Shown here piece by piece: positions 53,027 through 61,790 of a DNA stretch of 64,000 bases. Positions within the stretch are counted from its first letter, which is position 1, and each line of letters starts with the position of its first letter. Origin of the DNA: an uncultured bacterium (GTDB lineage: Bacteria > Verrucomicrobiota > Verrucomicrobiia > Limisphaerales > UBA8199); assembly GCA_963749495.1 (NCBI GenBank), contig CAVVMW010000006.1:448001-512000 (forward strand), given 5' to 3'. The notes under the pieces are model-generated. The model saw only the letters and a program-made list of their open reading frames with translations, had not been told where the DNA came from and did no database searches. A program made the translations under genes and the position numbers.

Positions 53027-53824
53027 ATGAAAACCCTCTTTGAGCAATCCTCCAAGCCCCTCATCGGCGTCGTCCATCTCCGGCCGTTACCCGGCTCGCC
53101 GCGATGGGAAGGCGACCTGGAGGCCGTCATCAATTTCGCCCTGCGCGATGCTTGCGCCTACGAACAGAGCGGTGTCAACGCGTTGTTCATCGAGAATTTT
53201 GGCGACATCCCGTTCACCAAAGGCCCGGTCGCCACCGAGACCCTGGCCGCCATGTCCGCGGCGGGCCGGGCCATCGGCACCGCCGTGAAAGTGCCCATCG
53301 GCTTCAACGTCCTGCGCAACGACGCCCGGGCCGCGCTGGCCCTCTGCGCCGCCTGCCGCGGCAGCTTCATCCGCGTCAACGTCCACACCGGCGCCATGCT
53401 CACCGACCAGGGCATCATCGAAGGCAACGCCTATGAGACCCTCCGCTACCGCCGCCTCGTCTGCCCCCAGGCGCGCATCTTCGCCGACGTCCACGTCAAA
53501 CACGCCGTGCCCTTCAACAACTGGACCATCGAAGATTGCGCCCGCAACACCGTCGAGCGCGGCCTGGCCGATGCCCTCATCGTCTCCGGCAAAGGCACCG
53601 GTCTCCAGACCGACCTCCAGGACGTCCAACGCGTGCGCCGCACCTGCCCCACCGTAAAAATCCTCCTCGGCAGCGGCGTCACCCCCGCCAATGTCCGCGA
53701 TTACCTCGCCCTGGCTGACGGCTTTATCGTCGGCTCCTCGCTCAAACTCGACGCCCAAGTCGCCAACCCGGTCGACCCCAAACGCGTCGCCGCCCTGGCC
53801 AGGGTGATCCAAGCGGGCGGGTGA
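53027..53824 (+). CDS. BtpA/SgcQ-family TIM-barrel protein
   Basis: IGVVHLRPLPGSP, IENFGDIPF, GFNVLRND, ADVHVKHA and ADALIVSG motifs. Confidence 0.92.
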   Translation: MKTLFEQSSKPLIGVVHLRPLPGSPRWEGDLEAVINFALRDACAYEQSGVNALFIENFGDIPFTKGPVATETLAAMSAAGRAIGTAVKVPIGFNVLRNDARAALALCAACRGSFIRVNVHTGAMLTDQGIIEGNAYETLRYRRLVCPQARIFADVHVKHAVPFNNWTIEDCARNTVERGLADALIVSGKGTGLQTDLQDVQRVRRTCPTVKILLGSGVTPANVRDYLALADGFIVGSSLKLDAQVANPVDPKRVAALARVIQAGG

Positions 53825-53826
53825 GG

Positions 53827-53927
53827 GGGCCGAGGGGCGAGGGGCGAGGGCCGAAGGCGGAGGGGCGATCGATGTGTTTTCCCTCGACCCTCGGCCCCTC
53901 GCCCCTCGCCCCTCGACACTCGGCACT
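53827..53927. repeat. Hairpin element: (GAGGGGC)n, unique core, (CCCTCGN)n
   Basis: Inverted heptamer arms; second copy at 59626-59725. Confidence 0.9.
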
Positions 53928-53961
53928 TTCCTTCCTGCCCTCCTTGCGGCAGAGTGTGAGC

Positions 53962-54654
53962 ATGGCATTCACAGGGCCGCTCTTGAAACTGCTCGATGTG
54001 ACCCGCCGCTACGAGGCGCCGGACGGGGCCGAGGCGCTGACGGTGCTGGACGGGGTCTCGCTCGATGTCAGGCGCGGGGAATCGCTGGCCATCGTCGGGC
54101 CATCGGGCTCGGGCAAGAGCACGCTGCTGCAAATCATGGGCACGCTGGATCGGCCCAGCAGCGGCCAGGTCCTGCTCGAGGGCGAGGACCTGGCCGGGCT
54201 GGACGAGCCCCGGCTGGCGGCGGTGCGGAACCGGCAAATCGGCTTTGTCTTCCAGGCCCATTATTTGCTGCCGCAATGCACCGTCCTGGAGAACGTGTTG
54301 GTGCCGTCGCTGCCCTGCACAGACGCCGCCATCCGCAACGGCGCGGGGCCACGGGCTGAGCGCCTGCTCAAACGCGTGGGCCTGGGCGAGCGCCTGGCCC
54401 ATCGGCCCGGCCAACTCTCCGGCGGCGAACGCCAGCGCGCCGCCGTCGTGCGCGCCCTCATCAACCAGCCCCAACTCCTGCTCGCCGATGAGCCCACCGG
54501 CGCCCTCGACCAAACCTCCGCCCGCCAACTGGGCGCGTTGCTCGTCGAACTCAACAAAGAGGAAGGCGTCACCCTTATCATCGTCACCCACGCCCGCGAG
54601 TTGGCCGAACGAATGGGACGGGTGCTCGAACTCAAAGGGGGGAAGTTGGTATGA
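53962..54654 (+). CDS. ABC transporter ATP-binding protein (LolD/MacB-type)
   Basis: GPSGSGKST, LSGGERQR, LLADEPTGALD and IIVTH motifs. Confidence 0.95.
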   Translation: MAFTGPLLKLLDVTRRYEAPDGAEALTVLDGVSLDVRRGESLAIVGPSGSGKSTLLQIMGTLDRPSSGQVLLEGEDLAGLDEPRLAAVRNRQIGFVFQAHYLLPQCTVLENVLVPSLPCTDAAIRNGAGPRAERLLKRVGLGERLAHRPGQLSGGERQRAAVVRALINQPQLLLADEPTGALDQTSARQLGALLVELNKEEGVTLIIVTHARELAERMGRVLELKGGKLV

Positions 54655-54662
54655 AAGGAATT

Positions 54663-55140
54663 CATCCCGGAGGGATGAAAGAAGGTAGCCGGGGGTCGCG
54701 GCCTCGCCGCGACCCCCGGTGGCGGGCACAGAGGGTCCGCATCCCGGAGGGATGCCAGATGGCAACTCCGCTAGCCGGGGTATTTCACTGGCTCTTTGTA
54801 GCGCAGACTTCCAAGTCTGCTGTATCGCGGGTTTCCAAACCCGCCGGGCGCCCGAGCGATGGGACACCCTGCCGACTTGGAAGTCGGCGACACAGCAGGC
54901 TTGGAAGCCTGCGCTACCGGTTCTCCGTCGCTCGCGGCCAGGTAACTTGTACCACTCTCTGTCAACTCCTTGTTTTTTTGAAAGAAGTTTTGGTTGCGGC
55001 TCTGCCGCGCTGGGAAATATCCCGGCTAGGCAGCGCTCGTTTCTGGCACCCCGTTCCGGGGTGCCGGGCCTTGTCGTCGTCCACCGGGGGTCGCGGCAAC
55101 GCCGCGACCCCCGGCTACCTTCTGGCAACCCTCCGGGTTG
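54663..55140. repeat. REPIN-like element with a second REP family nested at 54798-54917
   Basis: Ends match 22509-22732; internal GTAGCGCAGACTTCCAAGTCTGC...GCAGGCTTGGAAGCCTGCGCTAC palindrome. Confidence 0.85.
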
Positions 55141-55150
55141 CCCCATGCCC

Positions 55151-58100
55151 ATGACCTTCAAAACCCTTATCCGGCGCAGTCTGCGGTTTCACGCCCGGGC
55201 GCACGCGGGGGTGGTGCTCGGCGCGGCCATCGGGAGCGCGGCGTTGATTGGGGCGCTGCTGGTGGGCGACTCGGTGCGGGAGACGCTCAGGGAGCGGGCG
55301 CTCGAACGGTTGGGCGGGATCCACTTTGCCGTGAGCACCGGGGACCGGCTTTTCGACAGCGCCTGGGCTGGGCGCGCACTCTCCCGGTTCGACAGGCCGG
55401 GCTGGCTTTCCTCTCCCAGGGTCTCTGGATCTTCCAGGTTTGTGCTTCCCATCCCGGTGGCGGTAAGGCCGATGGCTCCGGTCGGCAATCCTCAGCATAG
55501 CCCTATCGACGAACTGTACGACGGGTCCGCGCTATCGCTGTCGGGCGTGGCAGCGAGGCAAGACGGCGCCGCACGCGTCAACCGGGTGAACGTGATCGGA
55601 GGCGGTCCCGCCTTGCCCTTCGGCGCATATCTCTCGGCACGGGCGAAGGTCAAGTCTGCCTTCGCCGCGACCGGATGGTCTGGAGCCCTGATTAACGAGA
55701 CCCTCGCCCGGCACCTGGACGTCCGGCCCGGCAACGAAATCATCCTGCGGGTCCGCAAGCCCAGCGCCCTCGCCCTGGATGCCGCCCTGAGCCCGCGTGA
55801 TGATAACTCCGTGGCCCTGCGCCTCAAGGTGGGCGCCATCCTGCCGGCGGACCAGTTGGGCGATTTCGCCCTCGCCGCTCCGCCGGCGCCCCCTGCCAAC
55901 CTGTTTCTGTTTAAGGAGTTCCTGGCCGATAAACTCGGTGTCCGAGGTCATGCCAACCTCCTGGCCTTTGGCCCGGTGCTCGTGCCCGAAGCGAGAGAAC
56001 ACGGGTGGTTATGGCGGCAGCAACTCAACCTGAGTTTTTGGTTGATGATGCGGGCACACCGAAACCGCGCCAGCCTGACTGCACGCCTCGGGAGGTTTCT
56101 CTTGCCAGAGAGCAAAGCCCGCGCTGTCCCCGATGAGCTCGCTTTACCGTGTCTGGAGGCCGGGCTGGCGAGCCTCTGGCTGCCGGAAGACGCCGGGGTG
56201 GTTGTGCGCGCTATCGAACAACCCCAAACGGAAACGGGTGGTGAATACATCCGGCCCTGGATCGAGATCGCCAGTTCGCGGGTCTTCCTGGATCCGCCCG
56301 TCGTCGCCGCAGCCCTTACGCCGCGCTCCAGGGTGCTGACGAACACTCTTCCCGGCGTGTTCATGCTATTCCCTTTCCCCGATTTCTCCTCAGACTCCAC
56401 CAACGACGTCGCCTTCGCCCGGTCCTTCATCCCCAACGGCTTCGGCGTCCTGACCTACCTGGCCAACGCCATCCGCGCCGGCGAGCGCCTCACCCCCTAC
56501 TCGATGGTCACCGCCGCAGGCGGGCCATTCCTGCCCGCCGGCATGCGCGACGACGAAATCCTGGTCAACCAATGGCTCGCGGACGACCTACAGGCGAGGC
56601 CCGGCGACACGGTCGCACTGAGCTACTACGTCGCCGACTCCGGCAGCCGGTTGACCGAGCGGACCAATTCGTTCCGCGTCCGGGCTATCGTCCCGATCAA
56701 GGGTCTCTATGCCGATCGCACGCTCATGCCCGAATTTCCCGGTCTGGCCAAGGCCGAATCCACCCACGACTGGAACACCGGCTTTCCGCTCGTGTACAAG
56801 CTCCGCGACAAGGACGAGGCCTACTGGAAACAATACCGCGGCACGCCCAAGGCCTTCGTCACGCTCGCGGCCGGCCAGGCCATGTGGGCCAACCGGTTCG
56901 GCTCGCTCACGGCGATTCGCTACCAGGTGCCCACGAACTCTTTCGCCAGCTCCTGTCGCCAGGCGGTTTATCGCAACCTGGTCGCCAATCTCAAACCAGC
57001 CGACCTGGGCTTTCGTCTCGAACCGGTGCGCGAGCAGGCGCTCAAGGCGGCAGCGCAATCCCAGGACTTTGGCCAGTTGTTCCTCGGCTTCAGCTTTTTC
57101 CTGGTCGTGTCGGCGCTGCTGCTGATGGCGCTGCTCTTTCAATTTGGGCTGGAGCAGCGCATGGCTGAGGTCGGCACGCTGCTGGCCCTCGGGTTTAGCG
57201 CCAAACAAGTGCGCCGTTTGCTCCTGGCTGAAGGCGCGGCCCTGGCGCTTTTGGGCGGCGTCATCGGTGTCCTGGGCGGCCTGGCCTACGCGCGGGCCAT
57301 GCTCTGGGGCCTGGCCACCGTCTGGCGCAATGCGGTCGGGACAACCTCGCTCCAGTTTCATGCCTCGCCCCTCAGCCTGGCAATCGGCCTGTTCTCCAGC
57401 ACGGTTGTCGCCACCCTCACCATCTGGCTCACCCTGCGCCGGCAGGCGCGACGCCCTGTTAAGGAGTTGTTGGAGTCCACAGTCCACAGTCCACAGTCCA
57501 TAGTCCACAGTCCACAGTCTGCACGCCGGGACTTGTCATTCGTCATTCGTCATTCGTCATTCGTCATTCGTCATTCCGCACTCCTCACTGGATTGAGCCT
57601 TCTCTTCGCAGCGCTGGCGGTCGTCGTTTGGGCGCTCGCAAGCGGCGAACGGTCGAACGCGGGGGCGTTTTTCGGGGCGGGGACGTTGTTGCTGATCTCG
57701 GGGCTGGTCTTTCTGGGGGCCTGGCTGGGGGCGCTGGCCCGCGCCGGCAACGCCGCACGGCTGACGGTGTCCGGGTTGGGCGTGCGCAGTTGCGCGCGGC
57801 GCCGGGGGCGCAGCCTCGCCACGACGGCATTGCTGGCGTGCGGCTGTTTCGTCATCGCCGCCATCGGTGTGTTCCGGCTGGACGCGAGTCGCGATGCAGC
57901 GCAGCGGACATCCGGCACGGGCGGGTTTGCCTTGCTCGGCCAATCCACGCTGCCGATCGTGCAGGACCTGAACACGACGGCCGGGCGCGAGGCCCTCGGC
58001 CTGGGCGCGCAGGACCTCCAGGGCGTGAAGGTCGTGCCGTTCCGGCTGCGCGAGGGGGACGACGCGAGTTGCCTGAACCTGAATCGCGCGCAACGTCCGC

Positions 58101-58996
58101 GCCTGCTGGGCGTGAAACCGGAGTTGCTGGCCGGACGGTTCACGTTCACGGGCGCCGCCAAGGGCTATCCCAGGCGCCTGGGATGGAGGTTGATACAGTC
58201 CACAGTCCACAGTCCACAGTCCACAGTCCACAGTCCACAATCCACACTCGACACCCGACACTCGACACTCGCGGCTGACGAGGTGAGGGCGATCGGCGAC
58301 GCCAACTCGATTGAATGGGCGCTGGGAAAGAAGCTCGGCGACACGCTGGATTACACGGACGAACAGGGGCGGCCATTCAAGGTCCAGCTTGTTGGCGCGG
58401 TGGCCAACTCGATCCTGCAGGGCAGCCTGGTCATCGATGAGGCGGATTTCGTCAGGCGCTTTCCCAACGAGAGCGGTTACCGGATGTTCCTGATCGACGC
58501 CCCTTCCAATTCCGTCCGGCAGGTGTCTGCGACCCTCTCGCGCGCCCTGGAGGACGCGGGTTTGGAGCTGACGCCCGCGGCCGGGCGCCTGGAGGCCTTC
58601 AACGCCGTGCAAAACACATACCTGGGAACGTTCCAGGTGCTCGGGGGCCTGGGTCTGCTGCTGGGCAGCGCCGGGCTGGGGGTGGTAGTGTTGCGCAACG
58701 TGCTGGAGCGGCGGGGCGAACTGGGCCTGCTGGTGGCCGTCGGTTTCCGGCGGCGAACGCTCCAGGCCATGATGCTGAGCGAGCACGGGGCGCTGCTCGC
58801 CCTGGGCCTGGGCCTGGGCATCCTGGCCGCCGCCGTGGCCGTTCTGCCCTCGGTGCTGACACCCGGCGCCCGGTTGCCCTATCGGTCTCTGGCGCTGACC
58901 CTGGGTGCCGTGTTCCTGAACGGGGCCCTGTGGACCTGGCTGGCCACGCGCTACGCCCTGCGCGGCAATTTGCTGGAGGCGCTCCGGAACGAGTGA
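55151..58996 (+). CDS. Large FtsX-like ABC permease
   Basis: RSLRFHARAH...GALLVGDSVR; two FtsX segments (EQR-x-x-EVGTLLALGF; ERRGELGLL-x-AVGF); ends ALRNE. Confidence 0.92.
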   Translation: MTFKTLIRRSLRFHARAHAGVVLGAAIGSAALIGALLVGDSVRETLRERALERLGGIHFAVSTGDRLFDSAWAGRALSRFDRPGWLSSPRVSGSSRFVLPIPVAVRPMAPVGNPQHSPIDELYDGSALSLSGVAARQDGAARVNRVNVIGGGPALPFGAYLSARAKVKSAFAATGWSGALINETLARHLDVRPGNEIILRVRKPSALALDAALSPRDDNSVALRLKVGAILPADQLGDFALAAPPAPPANLFLFKEFLADKLGVRGHANLLAFGPVLVPEAREHGWLWRQQLNLSFWLMMRAHRNRASLTARLGRFLLPESKARAVPDELALPCLEAGLASLWLPEDAGVVVRAIEQPQTETGGEYIRPWIEIASSRVFLDPPVVAAALTPRSRVLTNTLPGVFMLFPFPDFSSDSTNDVAFARSFIPNGFGVLTYLANAIRAGERLTPYSMVTAAGGPFLPAGMRDDEILVNQWLADDLQARPGDTVALSYYVADSGSRLTERTNSFRVRAIVPIKGLYADRTLMPEFPGLAKAESTHDWNTGFPLVYKLRDKDEAYWKQYRGTPKAFVTLAAGQAMWANRFGSLTAIRYQVPTNSFASSCRQAVYRNLVANLKPADLGFRLEPVREQALKAAAQSQDFGQLFLGFSFFLVVSALLLMALLFQFGLEQRMAEVGTLLALGFSAKQVRRLLLAEGAALALLGGVIGVLGGLAYARAMLWGLATVWRNAVGTTSLQFHASPLSLAIGLFSSTVVATLTIWLTLRRQARRPVKELLESTVHSPQSIVHSPQSARRDLSFVIRHSSFVIRHSALLTGLSLLFAALAVVVWALASGERSNAGAFFGAGTLLLISGLVFLGAWLGALARAGNAARLTVSGLGVRSCARRRGRSLATTALLACGCFVIAAIGVFRLDASRDAAQRTSGTGGFALLGQSTLPIVQDLNTTAGREALGLGAQDLQGVKVVPFRLREGDDASCLNLNRAQRPRLLGVKPELLAGRFTFTGAAKGYPRRLGWRLIQSTVHSPQSTVHSPQSTLDTRHSTLAADEVRAIGDANSIEWALGKKLGDTLDYTDEQGRPFKVQLVGAVANSILQGSLVIDEADFVRRFPNESGYRMFLIDAPSNSVRQVSATLSRALEDAGLELTPAAGRLEAFNAVQNTYLGTFQVLGGLGLLLGSAGLGVVVLRNVLERRGELGLLVAVGFRRRTLQAMMLSEHGALLALGLGLGILAAAVAVLPSVLTPGARLPYRSLALTLGAVFLNGALWTWLATRYALRGNLLEALRNE
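57474..57576. repeat. In-frame arrays (AGTCCAC) x6 and (GTCATTC) x6 inside the permease
   Basis: Each array is 42 nt; together they encode STVHSPQSIVHSPQS...SFVIRHSSFVIRHS. Confidence 0.95.
58197..58271. repeat. In-frame heptamer array grading from AGTCCAC through AATCCAC to ACTCGAC
   Basis: Ten full units in one 7-nt register; encodes QSTVHSPQSTVHSPQSTLDTRHSTL. Confidence 0.95.
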
Positions 58997-59047
58997 CTTG
59001 GACAGGTCCGAGCGCCGGGCCCGGCCGGGCGCCGCCAGGCGCGCAGC

Positions 59048-59127
59048 GTTTTGGAGTGCGCCAGTTCTCTGGCGCTTTTTAGACCCTGGGAAGGTGAAAG
59101 CGCCAGAGGACTGGCGCAGTCCAAAAC
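59048..59127. repeat. REP-like palindrome (TTTTGGAGTGCG family)
   Basis: GTTTTGGAGTGCGCCAGTTCTCTGGCGCTTT...AAAGCGCCAGAGGACTGGCGCAGTCCAAAAC. Confidence 0.85.
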
Positions 59128-59208
59128 CTTCGGATTAGCGGCGGTCCATTGAGAAGTCCCCGCAAGAATCGGGTGGGCGATGCGGCGGCATGGGGCTAAG
59201 GTTCTCGC

Positions 59209-60108
59209 ATGAGTGCGAGCAATTACGAGCGCATCGCCCGGGTCATTCGCTACCTGGACGCGCATTATGCGGAGCAGCCCGGGCTGGCCGAGTTGGCGGC
59301 GCATGTGGGGCTGAGCCCGTTCCATTTTCACCGCCTCTTTTCCGATTGGGCCGGGGTGACACCCAAAGACTTTCTGCAGTCCCTGACCCTGGCCAACGCC
59401 AAGAGGCTCCTGCGAGACGGGAAGAGCGTGCTCGACACGGCGCTGGCAGCCGGGTTCTCAGGGCCCGGACGCCTGCACGACCTGTGCGTGACGCTCGAAG
59501 CCGCCTCGCCCGGGGAAGTGAAGTCCGGCGGCACGGGCTGGCAGATTGTCTTCGGTTTCGCGGACACGCCGTTTGGGGAGTGCATTTTGGCCGAGGGACC
59601 GCGCGGGGTCTGCCACCTCGGGTTTGTCGAGGGGCGAGGGGCGAGGGGCGAGGGGCGAGGGCCGCAGGCGGAAGGGCGATCAATGTGTCTTCCCTCGACC
59701 CTCGACCCTCGAGCCTCGGCCCTCGGGGCGGCCTGGCCGGGGGCGAAATTGCGGCGCGATGACCGGACCGCAGCGCAATTGGCGGGCGAGGTCTTCCGCC
59801 GCGCGCCGCTCCGGGACAGAGACAAACAGCCCGGGATTCGCGCCTTTGTCAGAGGCTCCGCCTTCCAGGTCCGGGTCTGGAACGCGCTGTTGCAGGTGCC
59901 TCCCGGCGCGCTGGTCACTTACGGCAAACTCGCCGCCGCCATCGGCCAGCCCGCCGCCGCCCGCGCCGTTGGCTCCGCTGTCGGGAGCAATCCCCTGGCC
60001 TATCTCATCCCCTGCCACCGCGTGATTCGCCAGACCGGCCTGATCGGAGACTACCGATGGGGACAGTTGCGCAAACGGGCGATGCTGGCGTGGGAGGCCC
60101 CCCAATGA
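59209..60108 (+). CDS. AraC-HTH/O6-methylguanine-DNA methyltransferase (Ada-like, without the N-terminal Zn domain)
   Basis: GLSPFHFHRLF HTH; FQVRVW, YG-x-LA, ARAVG and IPCHRV active site. Confidence 0.92.
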   Translation: MSASNYERIARVIRYLDAHYAEQPGLAELAAHVGLSPFHFHRLFSDWAGVTPKDFLQSLTLANAKRLLRDGKSVLDTALAAGFSGPGRLHDLCVTLEAASPGEVKSGGTGWQIVFGFADTPFGECILAEGPRGVCHLGFVEGRGARGEGRGPQAEGRSMCLPSTLDPRASALGAAWPGAKLRRDDRTAAQLAGEVFRRAPLRDRDKQPGIRAFVRGSAFQVRVWNALLQVPPGALVTYGKLAAAIGQPAAARAVGSAVGSNPLAYLIPCHRVIRQTGLIGDYRWGQLRKRAMLAWEAPQ

Positions 60109-60114
60109 CACGTC

Positions 60115-60323
60115 ACCGCGTAGCGGTGGCTGATGGTAGCCGTGGACTTCCAGTCCACGGACCCATGGCCCAAGCTCGACCGCGTCGCGTAGCGACGCCT
60201 GAAAACAGGTTTCGCTCCGCCAATGCCACGCAGTCAGGCGTCGCTACGCGACGCGCAACCATTCCCACGCCCCGCACCGTGGACCGAGGTCCACGGCTAC
60301 CGTCACTGCGTCGCTACGCGACG
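60115..60323. repeat. REPIN-like element (CGTCGCGTAGCGACG family)
   Basis: Nested inverted pairs GGTAGCCGTGGAC/GTCCACGGCTACC and GCGTCGCGTAGCGACGCCTGA/TCAGGCGTCGCTACGCGACGC. Confidence 0.85.
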
Positions 60324-60472
60324 CGCGCGGTTTCGGTTGCGGTTGCGCGGCCCTCGGCGCCAGGCTCGCGCCAGTGAGAAATGCAGGGCGAGATTGTAAT
60401 GACCGATTGCCTCCGTTCCGCGTATATCCTCATGTGAAACTCGACATAAAATAGAAGGGCTAGGGACACGAC

Positions 60473-61012
60473 ATGAGAACCTGGGGAATGAATTCGAGCG
60501 AGGGCCGGATGGTGAGTCCCCTCCGGCGCAAAGCGCAAGACCTGGCACCGCGGCCGAGCGGGCTGCAGATGGTGAGTGCGCACGAACTGCGGAGCCTCCA
60601 TGAAGCGCTGGGGCGCGGGCAACTCCCGGCGGACCTGGAGGCCAAGCTGCGCGGCCTGGCCAAGGGCGGCCTGGCCCATCAGTTCATCGAGCAGCATTGC
60701 CGGACCATAGCCGCCTTGCTCCTGGCGGTCCGGGACGGTTCCTTCAACGAAGCGGGGCGGGCGGAGTGCGAACGGCTGCTGCGGCTCCTGGCCTACGTGC
60801 GCAAGGACGACGATGCCATTCCCGATTACCGGCCCGACGGATTCCTCGACAACCAGCAGGAGGTGCGCGCCGTCATCACAGACCTCGACGCGCTGCTCCG
60901 GAGCTTCAAGGCCTGGCGCCTGCGCTACCAGGTGCCGCAGTTGTGGGCAGAGGGAGCGCGAGGGACCAGGCTAGGGGTCACATCTCAACATTTGACATTT
61001 GTCGCAGGCTAG
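60473..61012 (+). CDS. DUF1232 (YkvA)-like protein whose 3' end is formed by a repeat
   Basis: LLAYVRKDDDAIPD...GFLDN resembles the DUF1232 motif; start uncertain. Confidence 0.6.
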   Translation: MRTWGMNSSEGRMVSPLRRKAQDLAPRPSGLQMVSAHELRSLHEALGRGQLPADLEAKLRGLAKGGLAHQFIEQHCRTIAALLLAVRDGSFNEAGRAECERLLRLLAYVRKDDDAIPDYRPDGFLDNQQEVRAVITDLDALLRSFKAWRLRYQVPQLWAEGARGTRLGVTSQHLTFVAG

Positions 61013-61135
61013 GGGTCACATCTCAACATTTGACATTTGTCGGACAAATGTCAAATGTTGAGATGTGACCCCAATGCTTAAATGTCAAATGTTGAGATGT
61101 GACCCCAATGCTTAGAGGTGTGACCCCAATGCTTA
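60967..61135. repeat. Nested REP-like cluster (GGGGTCACATCTCAACATTTGACATTTGTC)
   Basis: Two direct 38-bp copies, then three progressively shorter inverted copies; related fragment at about 22480-22503. Confidence 0.92.
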
Positions 61136-61774
61136 CGGCGGAGGGAGCAAGACGTAGCTCGGAGCAGAGTAGAGCGTCCGGCCTTGGGGCGCCAGATACC
61201 TGGCGACCAGGGCTATCTTGTCGGTGCGCGGCTGATCTTTGCCCCAGGCCAACGGGAAGAGATAGCCCGTGCCCACGGTGGTCCTGAAGGTGTAAAGGGC
61301 CAAGTCTCGAGCCGGATAGGACCACACGTGCCGGCAGCGGTTGGTCTGGTCGAAAGCATCCCTGACCAGGCCCTCGAACATGAGGATCTGCACGGTCCCA
61401 TCCCGGATCGGTTGCGTCTTGGGGAGGTGGTAATCAACGGCATAGACCTTCACGGGAATACCGTTGACGCCAAGCTGCGATTGCAGGTTGACCGCGACGG
61501 GGCTCGTGACCAGGTCCAGCTCATCCAGGTGCGATGCGGAAGAGGCGACGGAGGCCGACGGGGCGGAGGTGCCGCAGCCCGAGAGGAGGAGGACGAGGGA
61601 CAGGAGTAATGAATGACGAATGACGAATGACGAATGACGAATCAGAAGGGACCTAAGGGACCCAAGGGACCTAAGGGACGAAAGGACGCCCGCCTCGGCA
61701 GACAAAGGCGTGCGCAGCCTGGCCAGACAAGCATGTCCGCGGCCCCATCCGCTTCTGGATTCGTCATTCGTCAT
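61133..61774 (-). CDS. Lipoprotein downstream of the secretin; N-terminus is repeat-derived
   Basis: LLLSLVLLLSGC lipobox followed by a globular domain. Confidence 0.7.
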   Translation of the reverse strand: MTNDESRSGWGRGHACLARLRTPLSAEAGVLSSLRSLGSLRSLLIRHSSFVIRHSLLLSLVLLLSGCGTSAPSASVASSASHLDELDLVTSPVAVNLQSQLGVNGIPVKVYAVDYHLPKTQPIRDGTVQILMFEGLVRDAFDQTNRCRHVWSYPARDLALYTFRTTVGTGYLFPLAWGKDQPRTDKIALVARYLAPQGRTLYSAPSYVLLPPP

Positions 61775-61790
61775 TCGTCATTCGTCATTT
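61611..61790. repeat. Hairpin element (GAATGAC) x4...(GTCATTC) x4 with a nested 9-nt array
   Basis: Inverted heptamer arms plus gaatcagaag/cttctggattc; (AAGGGACCT) x4 inside. Confidence 0.92.

Noticed and set aside
54719..55150. 144-aa N-terminal extension of the permease in the ORF track
   Set aside because: It is translated REP sequence; the family-like start is MTFKTLIRRSLRFH at 55151.
60967..61135. CRISPR array
   Set aside because: Repeats are adjacent or inverted with no unique spacers, and there are no cas genes.
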